DNA from: an uncultured bacterium
GTDB lineage: Bacteria; Babelota; Babeliae; Babelales; Vermiphilaceae
Length of the DNA stretch: 64,000 nt
NCBI GenBank assembly: GCA_963707655.1
Contig: OY970172.1
Coordinates: forward strand, 160,001-224,000
Direction of reading: 5' to 3'
Positions 60,184-64,000 of this stretch are shown piece by piece. Under the pieces are notes generated by a model. That model saw only the letters and a list, made by a program, of their open reading frames with translations, was not told the DNA's origin and made no database searches. Each line of letters starts with the position of its first letter. Within the stretch, counting starts at the first letter, position 1. Made by a program: the position numbers and the translations under genes.

Positions 60184-60200
60184 CAGTTGTTCTTGGGATA

Positions 60201-60914
60201 TTAAACATCAGCCCAATTGATTTCTGCCAAGTGATGCTGTTTTAAGAAAGCATTTGCTTTTGAAAAATGGCGGCACCCCAAAAATTTGGTGACTGATAAT
60301 GGTGAAGGATGAGCAGCTTTTAAAACTAAATGCCGCTTAGGATCAAGATGAATATGCAGATGCTGTACTTTTTTCTGGGCATATGCTCCCCAGAGCATTA
60401 ATACCGTTGGGCGGGGGCGTTTAAGCAATTGTTCAATAATTGCATCAGTAAAAATTTCCCATCCGCGTCCAGCATGGCTTGCTGGCTGACCTTCCTCAAC
60501 CGTTAAAATTGAATTGAGCAGCAATACGCCTTGATGGGCCCAGCCGCTCAAAGTGCCATTTTTTGGTATCGGCATGCCAATGTCATTATGCAGTTCTTTA
60601 AAAATATTGCGCAAAGATGGCGGTTGCGGCACACCGGGTGGCACACTAAAACTGAGTCCATGTGCTTGGCCGGGGCCATGATACGGATCTTGCCCGACAA
60701 TAACAACAGTTACTTTTTCAAATGGTGTTGCGCGGAGTGCGGCAAATATGTTTGCTTTGGCAGGATATATTTTTGCGCCGGCTGCTTCACGTTGTTGTAA
60801 ATAAGCAACCAGAGCATCGATGTGCGGATTTTTGCATACCTCTTCTAAGGGTTTTTGCCATGAAGAGGGCAATGAATCGAAGAATTTTTTTTGTCGTGGT
60901 GTCATTTCTTTCAT
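60201..60914 (-). CDS. ung: Uracil-DNA glycosylase family 1
   Basis: GQDPYHG, PPSLRNIFKE, GVLLLN, HPSPLS. Confidence 0.97.
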   Translation of the reverse strand: MKEMTPRQKKFFDSLPSSWQKPLEEVCKNPHIDALVAYLQQREAAGAKIYPAKANIFAALRATPFEKVTVVIVGQDPYHGPGQAHGLSFSVPPGVPQPPSLRNIFKELHNDIGMPIPKNGTLSGWAHQGVLLLNSILTVEEGQPASHAGRGWEIFTDAIIEQLLKRPRPTVLMLWGAYAQKKVQHLHIHLDPKRHLVLKAAHPSPLSVTKFLGCRHFSKANAFLKQHHLAEINWADV

Positions 60915-60923
60915 AGTAGTAGC

Positions 60924-60952
60924 ATTGTGCCTTGCATTGTTCGCCTTGTCAA
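60924..60952 (-). promoter_or_regulatory. Putative sigma70 promoter of ung, near-leaderless
   Basis: TTGACA-17 nt-CACAAT on the minus strand, -10 ends about 10 nt before the ATG. Confidence 0.5.
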
Positions 60953-60975
60953 ATGAGAAGATGGGGGAAAATCCG

Positions 60976-61405
60976 TCATCTGTCTATTATCTCAGGGATG
61001 CCTTCTGTTTGTTCACCTCGTCTTTTGGTTGGATTATTCATCCACGCATTTTCTAAGTTGGTATATGCTATGTCAGCAATAGGTGCCAACACATCGCCTA
61101 TTGATCGTTGGCACGCATATGTTCCATCTTCAAATTGGAGCGCAGTCATCTCTGAACCGTCATTGAACTTCGCCATATACGATTTCGTTCCGTCTCTGCT
61201 ATGAGAACGAGAACAATAGGCTATTTGATCTACGTGAACCTCCGCCAGTTCAGGATACTTGTTATCTGGAGTGAAAAAATGATTGCTCGCCGATGCACAA
61301 GTAATTTTAGTGAGAAGCAGGAATTGTTTGTCTGTTGAATCTTCCATGCCCCCAAAACAATCGACATTGCTGATAGCAATACGAAAATCATGACGGTTTT
61401 TTCAT
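60976..61405 (-). CDS. Hypothetical secreted protein (signal region broken by homopolymer indels)
   Basis: MKK/TVMIFVLLSAMSIVL/GMEDSTDK reconstructed across frames at an A-run and a T/G-run. Confidence 0.6.
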
Positions 61406-61511
61406 AAGTTTCTCCGTTGAATTTTACCAAAAAATGTTAATAATTCTTTACAATAGATAACAATTTATCACCAAAAAGAGCAATCTCAGCCATTTTAGAT
61501 GAGCAATTTTT

Positions 61512-62678
61512 TTACGCGCTTGCCAATGGTTGAACGTCTTGTTCAAAATATCGGTGAAATTCTTTGGGCAGCTGCTTATAGTCACTCATAGCGGTGACGT
61601 GCGAAAAATCAATGCCGCAATAGGTATTCCAAAACAAAATTTTTTTATCACACAGCGCGTGCTCGGTGGCATCAGCCATGATTGCTGCTATCGGCTTTGC
61701 GCTATAGGTGCCTTCAAGGTTAATGTTTTCTAGATCTTTAAATAGGGTAATGGCATCAGCTGCTTCAGGAATGAAGAGGCCATAGGCGGTGCCGCAGAAT
61801 TGCTTATTCAAGAACAGATCTTGTTCTGGAAATTCTATTATCGGAAATGATGCATCCAGTGCATGCAACATTTCATTGGTGTGCATAAACAATTTTTTTA
61901 TATTCAACAAAAATTCATCAGCTTCTTCTTCTGGCTCAACGCATACGGCAACTATTTTTGATTTCATCTGTGTGGCGTGCAAACCAAGCAGTAATCCCGC
62001 TGTAGTAGCACAACTGCCGGTAGCAACATAAATGAAATCTGGTTCCGGCGTTTCATGCAGTGCAACTTGATGGGCTAATTCAAAAGCGGCATTCACAAAA
62101 CCAAGTACACCAAGTGCATTTGAACCGCCCGTGGGGATAAGATATGCATGCGCATCAGCTTTTAATAGTTCTTCTGCTGCCAATGCCCTGGTCGCGTTGT
62201 TGGGGAAAAATTGCAATTGCGCCTGGTAATAGGTATCAAGCAAGAGGTTATGGCGCACCACATATGAGTTTGGTTGATCTTTCAACATCAAAATAGATCG
62301 TAGCCCCAATTCGTGTGCATACACTGCGGTAGCCAATGCATGATTTGATCCGGCGCAACCATACGTGACGATCGTCTGAGCATTTTTTTGCACAGCATCG
62401 GCCAAAAGAAATTCTAATTTGCGTGGTTTATTGCCCCCATACAGGCGAAGTCCGCCCCCCATGCTTTTTCCCGTTAAATCATCCCGTTTCATGAAAACAT
62501 TGTCACACCCGATTCGATTACCAAAGTTCTCAAGTTTGATGATAGGGGTAGGCAGATCACAGAGAGCAATGTGAGATATTTTTTCTTGCAGGTGAGGAAA
62601 TTTGTTAAATAAATAGGGTTCACCATACGCCGTGGTTATAACAAAACTGATAATGAGTAATGATATTCTCCGTTGCAT
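61512..62678 (-). CDS. D-cysteine desulfhydrase / ACC deaminase family PLP enzyme with signal peptide
   Basis: PTPI, KRDDL, GGNKPRKLEFL, SNHA.ATA, P.GGS, LEGTYSAK. Confidence 0.9.
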   Translation of the reverse strand: MQRRISLLIISFVITTAYGEPYLFNKFPHLQEKISHIALCDLPTPIIKLENFGNRIGCDNVFMKRDDLTGKSMGGGLRLYGGNKPRKLEFLLADAVQKNAQTIVTYGCAGSNHALATAVYAHELGLRSILMLKDQPNSYVVRHNLLLDTYYQAQLQFFPNNATRALAAEELLKADAHAYLIPTGGSNALGVLGFVNAAFELAHQVALHETPEPDFIYVATGSCATTAGLLLGLHATQMKSKIVAVCVEPEEEADEFLLNIKKLFMHTNEMLHALDASFPIIEFPEQDLFLNKQFCGTAYGLFIPEAADAITLFKDLENINLEGTYSAKPIAAIMADATEHALCDKKILFWNTYCGIDFSHVTAMSDYKQLPKEFHRYFEQDVQPLASA

Positions 62679-62883
62679 CTTTGCTTCCTTGTTAATTAAT
62701 TTCATGAGAATTTGTACCATAAAAAAATTGTTGCGCCCGATCAGCTAATTTTGCAAATTCAGTTTTATCCAAGCTGTTCAATTCGTCAGGGGTTACCTAG
62801 TTGACAAATCCAGAGGCTATGATATTAAATTCACCATAAGTCTACAGCATATCAAAACTGTGCTTTGCTCTTTCAATATAAAT

Positions 62884-63822
62884 CTATAAAGTTCCAAACA
62901 ATTTCATTCTTCTTTGACTGATTCTAGTTTCAGTTGTTTGCAATTCATCTTCAGTCATTTTGTCGATCCATGCAAAAGCTGAATTGCATTGCCTGCTTAT
63001 AAATTGGCAATTTGTAGGCGAATAGCCCTTATCCACATCAATCCTATCTAACTGTAAGCCTTTAATATGACCATTCTGCAAAGCCCAAGATTCAAAGTTT
63101 TCAAAATTTTCCAACCATTCTGCACACATTACAATTCCTCTGCCGCCATATCTCGCGTATGATTTATCAGAAGATAAATAGCACCTACGTCTTACATGAT
63201 TCCAAGTTACGTAAAGGGATGTTTTTGATTTTCCATGCGTTCTTAATCGCTCTTTAGTATAACAACCACAGCTTTTTGTCGAACTTCTTTCTAGCGATGA
63301 CGTTGATGCAAAAACCACAGTGCCACAGCGACATGAGCATTGCCAAATAAAACTACCCCATTTATCTGCGTGAGAAAATTTAATAACCTTTAAATAAAAA
63401 AATACCTTATCTATCAGTCTGTTTTCAGTTTGGTACCTACTACAATCAGCGCATTGTTTTAATCCATTTCTTTCTTTTCCTGGATTAAGCGCATGCAAAG
63501 TAGTTTTAAATAAATTTCCACATTCGCATTTTACCTCCCAAGGGGGACGGGAATCAATACCAGATGATCTTTCACCAACCAATAGCTGAACGACGGTAAG
63601 CTTACCAAATTGCTGTCCTTCAATTCTTTTGCGTGGTTCATAACTACAGGAGCTTCCGCATCCTTTTGTCTTTTTCGATCTTAAATCGCCACCGGAGATT
63701 GCTTTCTGCTTGCCGCATATACATTCACACATCCACATTATATGCTTGCCTCTATTTGAGGCACGATGTAATACCTTTAAATAAGTAAAAGTTTTTCCTG
63801 ATAAATTAATAAATTTGCCCAC
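62884..63822 (-). CDS. Phage-type HNH-like endonuclease with three CxCxCG zinc-binding repeats
   Basis: Three repeats G..F..L.V..W...C.CG, then THG.S.T.LY..W...RRC..Y.RYGGRGI..C.EW..LDRID...GY.P.NC; GGAG RBS before GTG. Confidence 0.85.
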   Translation of the reverse strand: MGKFINLSGKTFTYLKVLHRASNRGKHIMWMCECICGKQKAISGGDLRSKKTKGCGSSCSYEPRKRIEGQQFGKLTVVQLLVGERSSGIDSRPPWEVKCECGNLFKTTLHALNPGKERNGLKQCADCSRYQTENRLIDKVFFYLKVIKFSHADKWGSFIWQCSCRCGTVVFASTSSLERSSTKSCGCYTKERLRTHGKSKTSLYVTWNHVRRRCYLSSDKSYARYGGRGIVMCAEWLENFENFESWALQNGHIKGLQLDRIDVDKGYSPTNCQFISRQCNSAFAWIDKMTEDELQTTETRISQRRMKLFGTL

Positions 63823-63842
63823 GTTTGGTATCTCCGTATCTA

Positions 63843-64000
63843 CTAAAGGCCATATTTGCAAAACATACAATGTGGATTGGCGGAAGGCATAGAACCTTGA
63901 TCAAGACATTCACGCACTTCTGGAAGAATATGATCCAACCATGAATCGTCAAATTGGTACGGTTGAATTGTCGATTCAAATTCTAGTTTTTGATTGAAAT
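63843..64000 (-). CDS. C-terminus of a PD-(D/E)XK (RecB/Cas4-like) nuclease, partial
   Basis: Manual translation FNQKLEFESTIQPYQFDDSWLDHILPEVRECLDQGSMPSANPHCMFCKYGL*. Confidence 0.6.
   Translation of the reverse strand, partial: FNQKLEFESTIQPYQFDDSWLDHILPEVRECLDQGSMPSANPHCMFCKYGL

Noticed and set aside
60925..60955. Loose similarity to the 3' end of the PLP enzyme gene
   Set aside because: Needs several gaps and is better explained as the ung promoter
3267..62031. Numerous antisense and overlapping short ORFs in the track
   Set aside because: They overlap well-supported genes and show no recognisable motifs
1..64000. CRISPR array, IS transposase, integrase, rRNA
   Set aside because: None seen. 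The Cas4-like fragment at the right edge has no repeats or cas genes in view.

Overview
AT-rich bacterial chromosome segment. Gene content and style suggest a host-associated lineage such as Dependentiae/Babelota (TM6), which is an inference. 1-14.75 kb is the S10-spc-alpha ribosomal superoperon (rplC to rplQ). It lacks rpmD, has an N-terminally shortened uS4, and carries many single-base indels that are most likely assembly errors. The rest is housekeeping genes (sbcC, phosphomannomutase, nfo, RNase HI, SpoIID, putP, tatD, HU, serS, hemW, secD, pgsA, plsY, ATP-dependent DNA ligase, photolyase, rsmG, MATE, gatCA, ABC transporters, HIT, ung) and three tRNAs, interleaved with many small signal-peptide orphan genes. 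Main observations: (1) islets of secreted-protein genes behind the ligase and gatA are bounded by a second copy of that host gene's 3' end, differing mainly at synonymous sites, which suggests cassettes integrating at gene 3' ends with no integrase nearby; (2) one islet is a tandem array of three secreted proteins with a ubiquitin-like pattern; (3) a decayed polymorphic toxin/immunity cluster at 21.6-23.2 kb; (4) normally cytoplasmic enzymes with signal peptides; (5) a phage-like HNH and PD-(D/E)XK edge at the right end.
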